The position numbers were made by a program, and so were the translations under genes. Below the pieces are notes generated by a model that made no database searches, had not been told where the DNA came from, and was given only the letters and a program-made list of their open reading frames with translations. A stretch of 64,000 nt of DNA from Trichosphaerium sp. ATCC 40318 (Eukaryota; Protista; Tubulinea): assembly GCA_038496445.1 (NCBI GenBank), contig JALMLS010000641.1, positions 39,781 to 103,780 of the forward strand, given 5' to 3'. Below, piece by piece: positions 52,518 through 64,000 of the stretch (position 1 is the stretch's first letter; each line of letters opens with the position of its first letter).

Positions 52518-54591
52518 CTATCTCGTACTCCATTTCCAACGAGATGGTTTGATAAATAAAAGGCATCCAGCACATACGATAAGTAAGGTAGCCATGCCGA
52601 AATAAAGAGCTGCAAAAGAATCCAAGTTATCTCTTATAACAAGAACCAAGCTAGGCATGAACGCGGCAATGCATGGTCCAATTGTAACAAAATTATAGAA
52701 TTTCCCAAAGTGCTTGACGCCAAATACTTCAGCAACAAGTACAGGATAAAGTACCCACCCAACACCCCAACTAATAGCTGCACCATAACAGTTAATATTT
52801 ACAAGAAAAGAAAGTCTATTTGAAGTGAAAGAGGTTGGTTGTGTACCTTGCATAATTAGTAATACTCCGAATATGTACGTCGGTGTATGAGGTATAGTTG
52901 TCATGAATCCCACAATGATATAAAGTGCAGCAGCGAACAGCTATCGCGTAACAAAATTAAATAACGAAATGATAAAGAAATACATACCATACTGAAACTC
53001 ATGAGCGTTGCAGTGCGCATCAATTTGATTTGTTTTACTTTTGACGATAATATCCCCATAATAAAAGCTGAGCCCGCAGTGACAAAACTGAATCCTTTCT
53101 AATACAATGACAGTTTAGGCGCACGTGATTCGAAAACAACTCTACTTACAAGAATTATTTGATCAAAGTCCTTCATACTCTCATCATCTTCACGACAAAA
53201 ATTAGATTTCACAATCTAACCGAAGTATTGGATACCTTTTATATAACCTTTCCATAAAAACGACGCATTACCAATAATGTTTATACCTAACACAGTTTTA
53301 CTATATTAACAACAAAACTTCAGAAGTTCTTTAAAAAAATGCTCTAGACATACCAGCACTCGTCTGTGCTAACACGACAAGAAGAACAAGGTAGAAGTAT
53401 GGGTTTGTGAATATAATAAAACCAGTTGATAGAACCCATGGATCACCTTTTGACTTCGTATTCTCCTGTTGTTACAACATTAGAAATTACATTTTCGTTA
53501 CAAGATATAAGCTAGTGTACCAGTTCAAATTGTTCTATACTATCAGTTACTTCAGTTGTAGTTGTCATTTCAATTTCGATATGGTAGTCTTTTTTTTTAA
53601 ATAAGAGTAATAGACCTGAAGCTATAACAGCGCCTAGAATAGCTACATATACAGCCCACATTCTTTAAAAAATATATTAATATTAACTAAAAGTTAGAAC
53701 TCAGTTTTCTTTGAACGCACCTGTAGTACTCACGCCAAGGTAAACCGTCATCGACATTTTTAACACTATCGTATGCGGTAATAAGTAATAAATATAAAGC
53801 AAGAGAAAAGTTGACACAAGCCACAGTAATAGAAACCTAAAACAATAGTCACAAAAAAAGCATACAACCATTTTTAAATACCCCCACGCCGCTTCTAGAT
53901 GGACTTATTCTTATCGCTGTTGCAATTGCTGTTGTAATAGCCTACAAGAATTGTAAGTGTAACCAAAATCACGTGATATTTTTTTGACAAAACCAGCTTT
54001 GTTTAACGCACGCCAGCACCACTTAGTCCCAAAATTATGTACAAAATATACGCAAGCCAAGCAGTGCTTGGTGTTAAAAAGCTTATCGCAACATAGCACA
54101 ATGATAACAAAATACTAGCAAGAACACCAGAAGCGAAAGGACCGAAAATATCATAAACATACCTAATTTTTGTGACCTGACTGTCTCCGAAAAAAAGAAA
54201 AAAAAAACCTCAGAATTTTTTTATGTACATACCCGAAAGGCAATCCAAACGCGTTTGTAGATATAGCCAGCGATTGAACCAAGCTTAGTTGTGTGTCCGT
54301 AAAATTCAGATCATTCTTTATACCGCTATATACGCGTTCAAGGCTGTAAGAGCTTCCCCTTTTGAATAGAGCATTAGTTATTGTTTGTTGAGGAAAATGT
54401 CAATTGCAGAAAGTTCGTAGCAGAAAAACGTGTTAAAAGTACCCAATTAGCGCCAATGATATTGTACCGGCTAGTATAAGTAGAATCTTTACTATAGGCC
54501 ATGTAGAAAAGCTTGATGACCTTTTGAACTTGTACTCATCTGTCGACAACAAATAGATGTTTGGATTGCTTACAACCTCTGAACTGGACAT
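52518..54591 (-). CDS. Major facilitator superfamily transporter (OFA/nodulin-like)
   Basis: Multiple TM exons; G-Y-V-Y-D-I-F-G loop motif; LYPVLVAEVFGVKHFGKFYNFVTIG. Confidence 0.85.
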
Positions 54592-55128
54592 TGTGCTAAT
54601 GTAAACAGCGAGAAGATGCGTTCCCAAGTATTTTACACTTGAATAACAATTGACTTTGTATCACGTGATATCTTCCTCCTGTGCAGATGAAGTAAACGGA
54701 GAAATATTTGGAACAATAAAAACCCTAGTACGGAGTAATTTACACTCACCTTGACTGACATTTGCTTCAAAAAAACAGCCAACCTTCCGATCTTTTTGAC
54801 ATATTTGTCTTTCCGGCTACAATTATTGTGAAAGAAGGTTGATGGACACACCAGATTGTATAATGACACCAGCAGCCCTCGCATTAGGTAGCACGCTCTT
54901 GAAGACCCAAGTACCTACGTTGTAAGAGGCCTAGTACATACAATATCTATCTTGTGCAAGTCAAAATTACACAGTTTACCTTTGTAGTTTGTTGAGACTA
55001 TAGCTGTAAGTAAAACAAACGTTGTGTATATAACTCGTATCACTGTGGGATACTAAACAATGAGAAAGAGACTATACTATTTGTTAAATAATACTGTTAC
55101 AAGAAAGTACAAAGGAGATGTTTAAAGT

Positions 55129-56088
55129 TCAAAGACTCTTCTGCACTTCCTTTTTGAACTCTTAAGTACTAATAGCATTTGATACAAACGGGAGGTTTAT
55201 AAACTCTTCCATAGTAGGAGAATCTGTAAGGTCAAGCACACATCTACAAATTCAACAAAGTCGTTCTAACCCATTGTTTATCAAATAAATACTTGATAAG
55301 CCTTTTTGTTTCTTCAAAATTTCTGTGTCGTTTTCCATTGTAGGCAAACTCTCATCGGAGTCCACGGCAAGTTGTATAGCCATCACTCCAACAGCATATA
55401 TCACTTGCTTCGGTATAACCAAGCTCTTTTACAGTAGGTGGAACGAACCCAAAGGTACCATCAAATAGAGTATATCCTTCAATGTAAGTGATAACTTGCA
55501 ATTCCAAAGTCGGTTAATTTAGGGACATAGTCTTTTGTGATTAACACATTTTCTGCCTTGATATCACGGCGAATAATACCGGCACGGTGCAGTTTGGAGA
55601 CTGCATTCAGTGGCCTTTACAATAGTAGCAATAGCCTCTTCTGTTAAGTTGTGTAACTGTTCAGCATCACAAAGTGCCCTTGGTGTTACCAATGCAGCGT
55701 CGCTACCATATTCGATAACATACACCGATTCAAGTATATTTTCGCATGAAACAACTCGAGATTGCTCGAATTCTGTTTTCTACAGAACACGAGTTAGAAA
55801 AACGAAGTGAATTGCACCAACCGGCAAAAATAAAAACCGTTTCGTTAATCAAAGAAGTGAGTACGTACAAGTACTCTACCCATGGTTCTACACCGGGCTC
55901 TACTCTTTCCAGTAAAATTAGCTACTTTTGCAGCGAGCTTTGCCACTTGTCCTGTCGTGTGCTATAAACACAGAGCCACAAGTGCCTTCGCCCAGTTTCG
56001 ACTTTTTGACTTTAATACCTTGTTTAGGACTCCTGCCGATAACAGTATTGAAGAAAGAGCGTGAAAGAGTTTCGAATAATCTAGCCAT
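55129..56088 (-). pseudogene. Ser/Thr protein kinase pseudogene (at least 4-5 frameshifts and an in-frame stop)
   Basis: LGEGTCGSVF, LAAK, KTE, LHRAGIIRRDIKAENVL, KLTDFGIA, GTFGFVPP, SDI/YAVGV and PTMEEFINLPF lie in changing frames that introns do not explain; TAA at 55162-55164. Confidence 0.85.
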
Positions 56089-56538
56089 TGTCGTTTAAAG
56101 AAGTGCGAAGCTCGGAAAGATAGAATTGTTACTAAAAAAGGCGCGGAAAACTGGCCTGTTTTTAAACTACTGCTTTGGAATTTAGCAAAACATGACACCT
56201 TTTAATCAACATCAAAACGACTTTAGAAGCATTTCCGGAGCGAACGGTTCAAAAATGACAAAAAAGGAAAGTGATGTACAACTGACAGACTTTTTGGCTA
56301 TTTTAAAATAATGCTCAAAACCAGATCAAGTACTTCTTAAATAATGTTAAATATGGTGATACAGCGCCTCAAGGCTAAGAAAAGCTAAACTACGTGCAAC
56401 ATGAGAAAAATAATAGACATAGAAAGATTGACACCCAGTACTGTAAAGAGCAAATAGGGGAAAATAGACAGAAAAACGCGAGTTTTCAACAGTAGGGAGA
56501 AACTAACAAACCAATTAAAAATATCTTAGAAACGCATC

Positions 56539-56823
56539 ATGTCAACCATTATTAAATCGATCGGCAACTTTACCAAACGCTCATACAACCGACTATTGCG
56601 ACGATCAACGAAGAAATCGACCAATGTCAAGATTGTACAAGAACGAGTATCTGTTGTTACGTTCGAGAAGCGCATACAGTTCATCCCAACATACGAGGAA
56701 CAAAACAACCTTATGACGAGCGCCACATTGGTCGAACACGTTGAAACCGAATGCCATTTGTCTCCTATGCAACCTATATACTTTGGAGCACCTCTAAAAC
56801 TACCGTTGGCGCCTAGAGCTTGA
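56539..56823 (+). CDS. Small intronless hypothetical protein (94 aa)
   Basis: ATG-initiated ORF with coding-like composition in an otherwise empty interval; no family recognised. Confidence 0.4.
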   Translation: MSTIIKSIGNFTKRSYNRLLRRSTKKSTNVKIVQERVSVVTFEKRIQFIPTYEEQNNLMTSATLVEHVETECHLSPMQPIYFGAPLKLPLAPRA

Positions 56824-57779
56824 TTAATTAACACTACCGAAACTCGAAGTGGAAACAAAAAAAAACCAAGTGTAAAAACAGTAAACTAAATGTACAATAG
56901 TAAACAGTGTAACCTTAAACTCTTTCAGTTGTTTGTTTTTTGCAAGTTTGCAACAAGAATACTTACCGGTGATTTGAGAACAGCAACGAGCACAGAAAGC
57001 ATCCATATCGCGTACAGAGTGTTTACACAAAGTGTAGAATAGTTAGTTTTTAGTGGTTTATTAGAATCCGCTTTGTGGGCCAAAATAACACTAAAAAGGT
57101 TACAAGTACGCTCTGATATGCGATGTGAACACTATTAGAGCTATACAAGCGAATAAAAAACAGTACACCGTTACGATCACGTTTTTTCGCCAAAACTAGA
57201 AGCAAAACTGATCAAAGCGACATTGACGCCATATTACAAATACATAGGTTAACTGGGTAAATGCTAACGTATTTATTAAGAGCTTTAAAATTAGATATTC
57301 TTGCGGTTGTCAGCACCACAACTACGCTCTACCATAGATGTGGAGAATAAGATAAATAAATACTGTAGTGGCTTTCGTACGCTGCCTTCTCACTTGCATT
57401 ACGCGCGTAACCAACAGCTCTTAAAACTGAGCACCTAACACTAAACCCTACGAACTTTAAGTCTTTATCTACAATAATTTTAAGTAACTACCTTGGTGAA
57501 CGCATTCGCGCTTGGAAATCATCAGTTTTTTTGATTCAATAACAAAATGTTTGATTTGAGAACAAAGAAAGTGGCTCGAGCTCGACTACGTATTCTTTTT
57601 GTGAAGTAACAGGCCATTGTAAAAAAAAAATACTTTAATCTATGTACAAGCACAACCAACTACGTGTGAAAGACTGAGAAAGGTTGTTTTCATCCAAAAA
57701 GCTTCCTGTAACCTTTCCGTCTCTTTTACCACTTTGAGGTCAGTTGTGTTTTTGTTCGTGTTTCGTTATCCGATAACTC

Positions 57780-60278
57780 TTATAAATTCGGATTTGGGTT
57801 ACTTCTACGTCTGCGGTACTTTCCATTAGTACGACCATGGTTGTCTCTACAAAATTATAAAATCAGATAAACTTGACTGTACCATCTTAAACACCCTTTG
57901 CAGTGACGTACCTTGGTACAGAAGGTGGAGGACGTGTTCTAGAGTCAGAATTACGCCAAGTGTAAGGGTCAGGCCAATTAGCACTACTCGTTCTATTATG
58001 AGGCAAAGTAGGCGATTGAGAGGCATCGTTTGGGTTTGCAGACATTCTGTTCAATGGCGCTGCACGAGGACGAATCTCAGAACGTTGTTCTGAACTACGT
58101 GGTGAAGTACTCATAGTGTTGTTGTTTGTGTTTGAATTACGACCAGGTTGGTTATTTACTCGGTTAGTGATATGCGCATTGTTAACAGCTCCGTTAGGCA
58201 CCTCTCCTTGGCGTACATTATTACGACGAGGCTGAGTAGTATCAACACGGTTCCCACGATTATTATTTTGAATATTAGAAGGAGCTTGATGATAGTCACG
58301 CTAAAGAAATTCAGTTAGAAGATGAACAAGGAAAATTAAAAAGTAAGGTGAGTTTTTTTTTTAAGGGTGACGACTACGTACATTTCCATGTCTTTGGGTA
58401 GCAACAGGAACCCATGCACCTGAAGGAGCTACATTGTAAGGGTGAGGTACATTCTCGAAAGCACGCCATGGATGCCATGTACGTTGCTCTACCAGCACGC
58501 TCAGCACAATTTTTTTTGAAAGAAAAACGACCTACCTGAGGAACCATTCATTGGAGAATTAGCAGGCCTACGTGGCGACGAAGGTGAGAACTGGTCTTGG
58601 TTTCCATCGTGCACGAATTGTGTCTGGTAGCGCATAGGTACTAGCGTCATTGATGGGTGAACAGGTGTAATAGGACGTGTTGTATAATACGGTAGGGTAT
58701 TGGTGTACCCTGCGTAGTTATAGTGTACGCCACTATGAACAAACGAATTGTCGTCTGTAGCTGGCATTCTCGCGTGGTATCTAGGTGGAGGCAAGAATGA
58801 GCCAGCTGTGTGCAAAAGTTAGTGCTTTACACGAAGTAACTCAATTATGGGCTTACGAGGGTTCTGAGGAGGGGAACGATAGTGCCGGCGTCTGGGATCT
58901 ATCATTGGGCAATAGAGCTTGGTAGAAGGTAAGTATAGGTTGAGGTTTGGTCTTGTATTCAACTACAACGCACTGGTGGTGTTCGCGATTGTTCAAATGA
59001 GGTTGGTGGGCGTGATATTTGCGGCATAAAGTCGTGAAGGAACGGATTCCTTCCATGGAATACGTCTTCTTGCCACATTTCTGAAGGTCCTAAAAACAAC
59101 ATAGTATTAGAGTAGTCCCTTGTTGTTGCGTTTTAAGCAACATACCACGCAGTGAAAGTCCTGAACTGCTACTGGAAAGAGGGTGATCTGAAGGTTCGTT
59201 GTTAGGCTCAGTATTAGGGTAACCAGAACGCAAACCGAGTTCGCCCCAAGCGCTAATAAAAATAAGCTTTTTTTGTAATTTCTCCTTTTTTTTAGTGTAC
59301 TCTAATATAGACCTATGCTCTTCTGGTTGCTCCGTATTACCTCTTTCGAAGTTTGCTTGATCATCACGGCACTTTACAAGAATATAAGAGATTGATTTGA
59401 AAAATCAAAAAAAACAGAAATTACAAGTTTAGAAGAGTGATGCAGACTTTTAACTACCGTGATTTACCTTTTTAACTTGCTCTTTAGTCATTCTGGCTCT
59501 ATAGAGCGAGAAACAGTCCTTGCACAAGTAATTATGACGTTCAGTTCCTTCACCTTGTTTACAATTCCATAAACAAGATTGATCAGTCTCAACACGTTCC
59601 TAAAATCACAGTTAGTATCTAGTAATAGATATTGTTGATGATCTAACCAAAAACAGACAAAATCAAAAAAAAAAAAATAAATAGAGATAAAAAAGCCTTC
59701 AGTACCTTTGTAGCTAAAACCTGACATAGAGCTAGATTCTTACGTAGTGGTATACATGGAGAGAAGTCCTCACTTTAAAAAAGGAAGAGTTTAGTATTGG
59801 CGTTATTGCGTTTCTTTAAAAAACTATATCTTACCGGCATATCGGACACTGCCAAGATAAAACGCCCATAATACACTTTATGCAAAATGAATGACCACAT
59901 CGTAGGCTAGTTGGGAACCCTAAAGTGTTAGGTTAATCGTTGAGATTTTAAAACCGCGCTCGAGTTAAGGACAAAGCGTAAAGCAATGTGTACAGGCCGT
60001 ATTGGTAATTCAGAAAAGCGAAATTTTAAAAATGTAACGCAATTGTACCATTACGCCCTAGTGTGTCCAAGCATATCGAGCAGGTGGGATGCGAGGCTTT
60101 TTCTTCCTGTAGGCGCGTTTCGTCATTACTTTCCACAGAGCATGCACAAGAACGCGTAGGAGTAGCCAGCTTAGTACCTAAGAGCCTATGTAAATAATCG
60201 TCTTTAACACTTATTAAAATTACGTGGTTTGAGCGCCACCAACGGCTCAACGACTACTTTAGCTGTCTTATTGCTCAT
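57780..60278 (-). CDS. RING-HC (C3HC4) finger protein with a long disordered Pro/Arg/Asn-rich C-terminus
   Basis: CSICLD..LRCGHSFCIKCI..CPICR across spliced exons; the start is inferred. Confidence 0.8.
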
Positions 60279-60725
60279 GAAATAATTCTGTGGCCAACCA
60301 ATGAGCTTCCGCCAATACTCGACCCATTTCCTACTAGACTTAACAGCATAAAAAAACCCGACTTATTTTAAGGCAGAAAAATCCATAACTGCCTTTTTAG
60401 AGCGCACCGGTTCAATAACAAGCAAACTGTAGAAACACAGTTTATAAAAACGTGCCGTGTTTTGAAAAAATCAAGAAAGAGCCGAGTTCAACAGCAAGTC
60501 AAGACACCCTTTTCTTAGTTTTCCATAGCGTAATACTTTGTGTTCGAACTTTCCACAACAAGTTGAGTTTACGTTTTATTTCGCTTATAAAATGAGCAGT
60601 TTCAACACGTGGGGAAAAAGGGGTAGAGAATTTGAACGAATAGAAATGTATACCGCCTTATTTAGTATTGCACCTCAAGGCTTTGTAACGATCAGTGACA
60701 TATGAAAACATTTATTAATAAGGAG

Positions 60726-63149
60726 CTAGTAGATTACACTACTCATCTGGTACTGTTATGTCCGGCTTAGGAAGAATAGCTCCAGAAAATGCGAAATATG
60801 CAGCTGCGAGTGTCAAGAGAAAGTTTACAGTTTGACCGACTAGGTACAAGAGAAGGAGTTTTCCTCCTTTTAGTTTCTTGATTAATACTTTAATACTGCA
60901 TGATAATCCAATACCAACAAAAGCAACAGAAAACCACCACGTGCTAGCTGCCTACACCATAAAAACAAGTTAATTGTAATGCCTTTAAACAAACAAAACA
61001 AAACGTCAAAAGAAGAAAACACGTGCTAGTTTTCAAAGAAGATAATAAAGAAGTCTGTCTAAAACTGTGGTTTTAAATTATTTCATATGAAGTACTTGCC
61101 TTTGCCATATCTAGAACAATATCTGTCTTTGCTTCACCGATTGTTGGAACAAGAATAAATGAGTACACAAGAGAAGCAATAAAAAATCCTAAAACGAATT
61201 TTGGAAACTTCTTCCATAGGACCCAGTATGATACACCGTTTCCTTCAGAATCCTTTTCAACCATTCTGTACCAATAAAATGCGATAGCAAGACAAACAAA
61301 ACCTAGAATAAATACAAAGTTAAAAAGAGAAAAAAGAAAGAATTATATCGCTCCAAGTACTTGCCTATAATTGCGTTTTGTACCATCTTTACAACGCTAG
61401 CAACCTCTTCACATATTGCACTTACAATTGCTCCTGCGGCAACAACTGCAGCGGTTTCTAGACAATCACGTGAGAAAACGAAATAAAAAATATTTTAAAG
61501 TGAATTACAACTTACCGTTTATAGATCCTCCGAACCAAGCTCCAGCAACATAGTGATCCATACCAGAGTAGATGACCAAGTACGGTAATGATACCATAAA
61601 AATTGTTGTAAAGAAACTTATCACGCCAATGGCAATAGCAAGCTTAATACAAGTTGTTAGAATAAAAACAAAAAAAAAGAGAACGCAAAGCAAAACTTAC
61701 GTCAGCTGCATTTCCACCAACACTTGCTGAAGCTGCGGCTGCTGCAGATGCGCCACAAACGCAAGTACCAGTAGACAGAGTAATAGCAAGCTTCTTGTTA
61801 GCCATCTTGAGTATTTTTGTTCCGAAGAGGTACATGCTTATTAAAGCAACTATTGGATAACACTTAGTGATTCTGCGCCAACTTTTTGTAAACTTACCAG
61901 GTGTAACGCAAAACGCAACAATAATTCCCGGTGCTCCCAGGTTGATAACAGTCTGTACTTTAATTGCGAGTAGTACAAGGCCAATCTTCAAAAAATATTC
62001 TGGTCTGTTAGGTTTTAAAAGCCATTCGTTTGGTATCTTCAATAAATCCGTAATGTTTACAATAGCTATACCGAAAACAATAGCCTAATAAAAACCTATG
62101 TAAGTACATTCATAAAATTGATCATGTAAGCACCCAAAACGCGTATCCAAGACCATACCTAAAAGAATTTAATTAAGAGATATTTTACTTTAAATTTCGT
62201 CTCGGTCACGTTCATGCACGTGAATGTAACCGACATTTTATAGTACGCACGTTGAAAAGTCTTCTTGTTTTCCCAAGAATAATGCAAGGAAACCAAATAA
62301 GTGTACAACAACATCTTATAGGCGTCAAACAAAATAAGTTGTTCAGTCTTTACGGTAGTTGGTAAAATTTTTCAAAAAGGATACATGATAATGAGAGCGC
62401 TTTGAACTCTCTGCCATGAATGAACATGCCAGAAAATGCGTTTATGATAAACATGACAGCAGAATTAAGTAAAATACCAACCCAAACGTCATCCGTATCA
62501 GCTCTTGTTGTCTTGTCTATTGCAATAAAAGCCACCTAAAAAAATTAAACACTGACAGCAAGAAAAAGGCCACAAAACGGGTATAGTTTAAAAAAGGAAA
62601 TGTCATGCTTCTAGGCAGTACAAAAAAAAAACCTAATGAAGCCTTATCTAGTGGCATGTACTGCCCAAAATAGCATAAACCAAAACACTCCGAACATTTT
62701 TGATTTTCGAACAATACAAGAAAAAAGTCCTCAAACTATTCTACCTTGGGCTCTTTCCAGGGCCACTTTTGCGGTATGAACGCTGTAAGTGGCCTGTTGT
62801 CAGATGTGAAGACCACAATCAATATTAAGGATATGATAGTCAAAAAACCTAAGGACGCGTTAGCTTCATCAACCATTAGGTCTTGGATGTACCTAGCCAC
62901 ACAGAGAACCAATCCTCTGTTATTTTCGGGCCTGCTTGATCCCATATGTAACCCAGCGTTATCTAACGAACCAGTTACACTAATAGAAGTAGTTTTGTAA
63001 AGAAGAAAAGTTGACATTACTTTTGGCTTTTCTTTGTATTGTTTTCCGTATGCGCTGGTGTCTGAACCGTCTGTTACAAGCATTGTACTTTCTGCCGTCG
63101 AAAGCGGTGTGGCTTCATCATTTTGAAGAGAAGTACCGCCGTAAGACAT
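60726..63149 (-). CDS. YeiH / putative sulfate exporter (UPF0324) family membrane protein
   Basis: EYFLKIGLVLL, GTCVCGASAAAA, GAWFGGSI, A..VKMVQN and WKKFPKFVLGF; many hydrophobic segments. Confidence 0.88.
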
Positions 63150-63387
63150 TATGGAGTATTTGTAGAACGAAGTATTATGTTTGTTAGTTCACCCGCACGT
63201 GATGTTTGTACTTGCCTCGCTTAATTCGTTAAGTCATTTCCACAGGCAGTACCTTTGTGGTACAACAAACGGCGCATTCGAAACAAACACTAATGAGCCT
63301 TGTAAAAAAGCAAGATACTTAATCTTTGTTTTATGTATCACGAGCAATCACTTGTGCTAACTTTTTTTTATTTACGCATTTTTTCCC

Positions 63388-63953
63388 TTAGCAGTCTTCT
63401 TTAAACTCAACCCAAACTGGTTTGTTCACATCTTTTCCAGATTCATATAGAGCGTCGAGTACTTTTGTAATACGCTCAGCCATGTGCACGTATGTCTTTC
63501 CAGCATCAGGGTTTGTCTTCATTTCTTTAACGACTTTGGCAAAATTGTCTATCATATTGACTTGACCATAGCCAGGTTTCCCTTTTCCTGAAACAACCTC
63601 TACTTCGGCCTCTCTTGGAGGTGCATGATACTCTATTCCAGAATTAAGTTACGTAGATTACCAGATAGAAAACAACTTACTCGTGTATTGCCATTTGTCT
63701 GGTACGCTACCCTCACCTTCTGGCCAAGGGAAGCAAAATGATCCATGCCAAGGCAAGTAAACATCATCACAAATAATCCTACCTTTCTTTCCGACTACTT
63801 CAACAGACTGACGGACTGTACCAGCAAGGAATCCTACAGTAGAAATAAGAACAGAAACTTATACCTCTTTGTTGGCATACCGAAATCGAAATTAGCACGA
63901 CATTCGTCTTCAAAAACAATCATTCCACTGCCAGCATAGATAACACCAAGTTC
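63388..63953 (-). CDS. Gfo/Idh/MocA-family oxidoreductase, C-terminal part (5' end lies beyond the window)
   Basis: GMIVFEDECRANFDFGM..QSVEVVGKKGRIICDDVYLPW..QVNMIDNFAKVV..TKVLDALYESG....PV. Confidence 0.75.
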
Positions 63954-64000
63954 CTGGTAACAACGTTAATACCTTGATTTATAAAATTGTATAGATTTCT

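Noticed and set aside
14978-60278. Apparent cluster of ubiquitin-system genes (HECT, PPPDE, F-box, BTB, RING)
   Set aside because: These are large, common eukaryotic families interspersed with unrelated genes; no evidence of functional clustering.
1-64000. Alternative genetic code, selenocysteine or U12-type introns as the cause of fragmented ORFs
   Set aside because: Conserved genes splice cleanly with GT/GC-AG introns and use TAA, TAG and TGA as stops; no RTATCCTT donor was seen at any junction I reconstructed.
1-64000. tRNA, rRNA, CRISPR arrays, transposons, viral inserts
   Set aside because: No cloverleaf, repeat-spacer array, transposase/RT motif or terminal repeat was recognised by eye; an Infernal/RepeatModeler scan would be needed to exclude them fully.

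Overview
Gene-dense, AT-rich eukaryotic (protist-like) nuclear DNA read in the standard genetic code. Short introns (mostly ~35-110 nt, donors often GTACGT/GTAAGT/GTATGT) fragment the ORF track, so I rebuilt genes by hand-splicing; exact boundaries are inferred, not transcript-verified. The gene complement (WRKY factor, PH-RasGAP, divergent actin) is compatible with an amoebozoan, but this is inference. About 26 genes were reconstructed: TyrRS with an EMAP-II domain, SPT4, prefoldin 6, a C2 + permuted papain-fold protein, a UBE3C-like HECT ligase, a PH-RasGAP, a thioredoxin-like protein, D-amino-acid oxidase, a PPPDE-like peptidase, JmjC, F-box, WRKY-like factor, FAD oxidoreductase, a caspase-like/PX/CaaX protein, a mucin-like membrane protein, BTB-BACK, divergent actin, a CxxC protein, an MFS transporter, a kinase pseudogene, a RING protein, a YeiH-like transporter and a partial Gfo/Idh/MocA gene. 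No tRNA, rRNA, CRISPR or transposon was recognised. Highlights: (1) a bacterial-type caspase-fold domain lacking its catalytic Cys, fused to PX and ending in CaaX; (2) a WRKY domain with WHNVGRR replacing WRKYGQK; (3) strong window-wide excess of CACGTG, partly coinciding with GC-AG splice donors; (4) a long RasGAP intron with a possible pseudoknot; (5) a kinase pseudogene broken by repeated 2-nt deletions.
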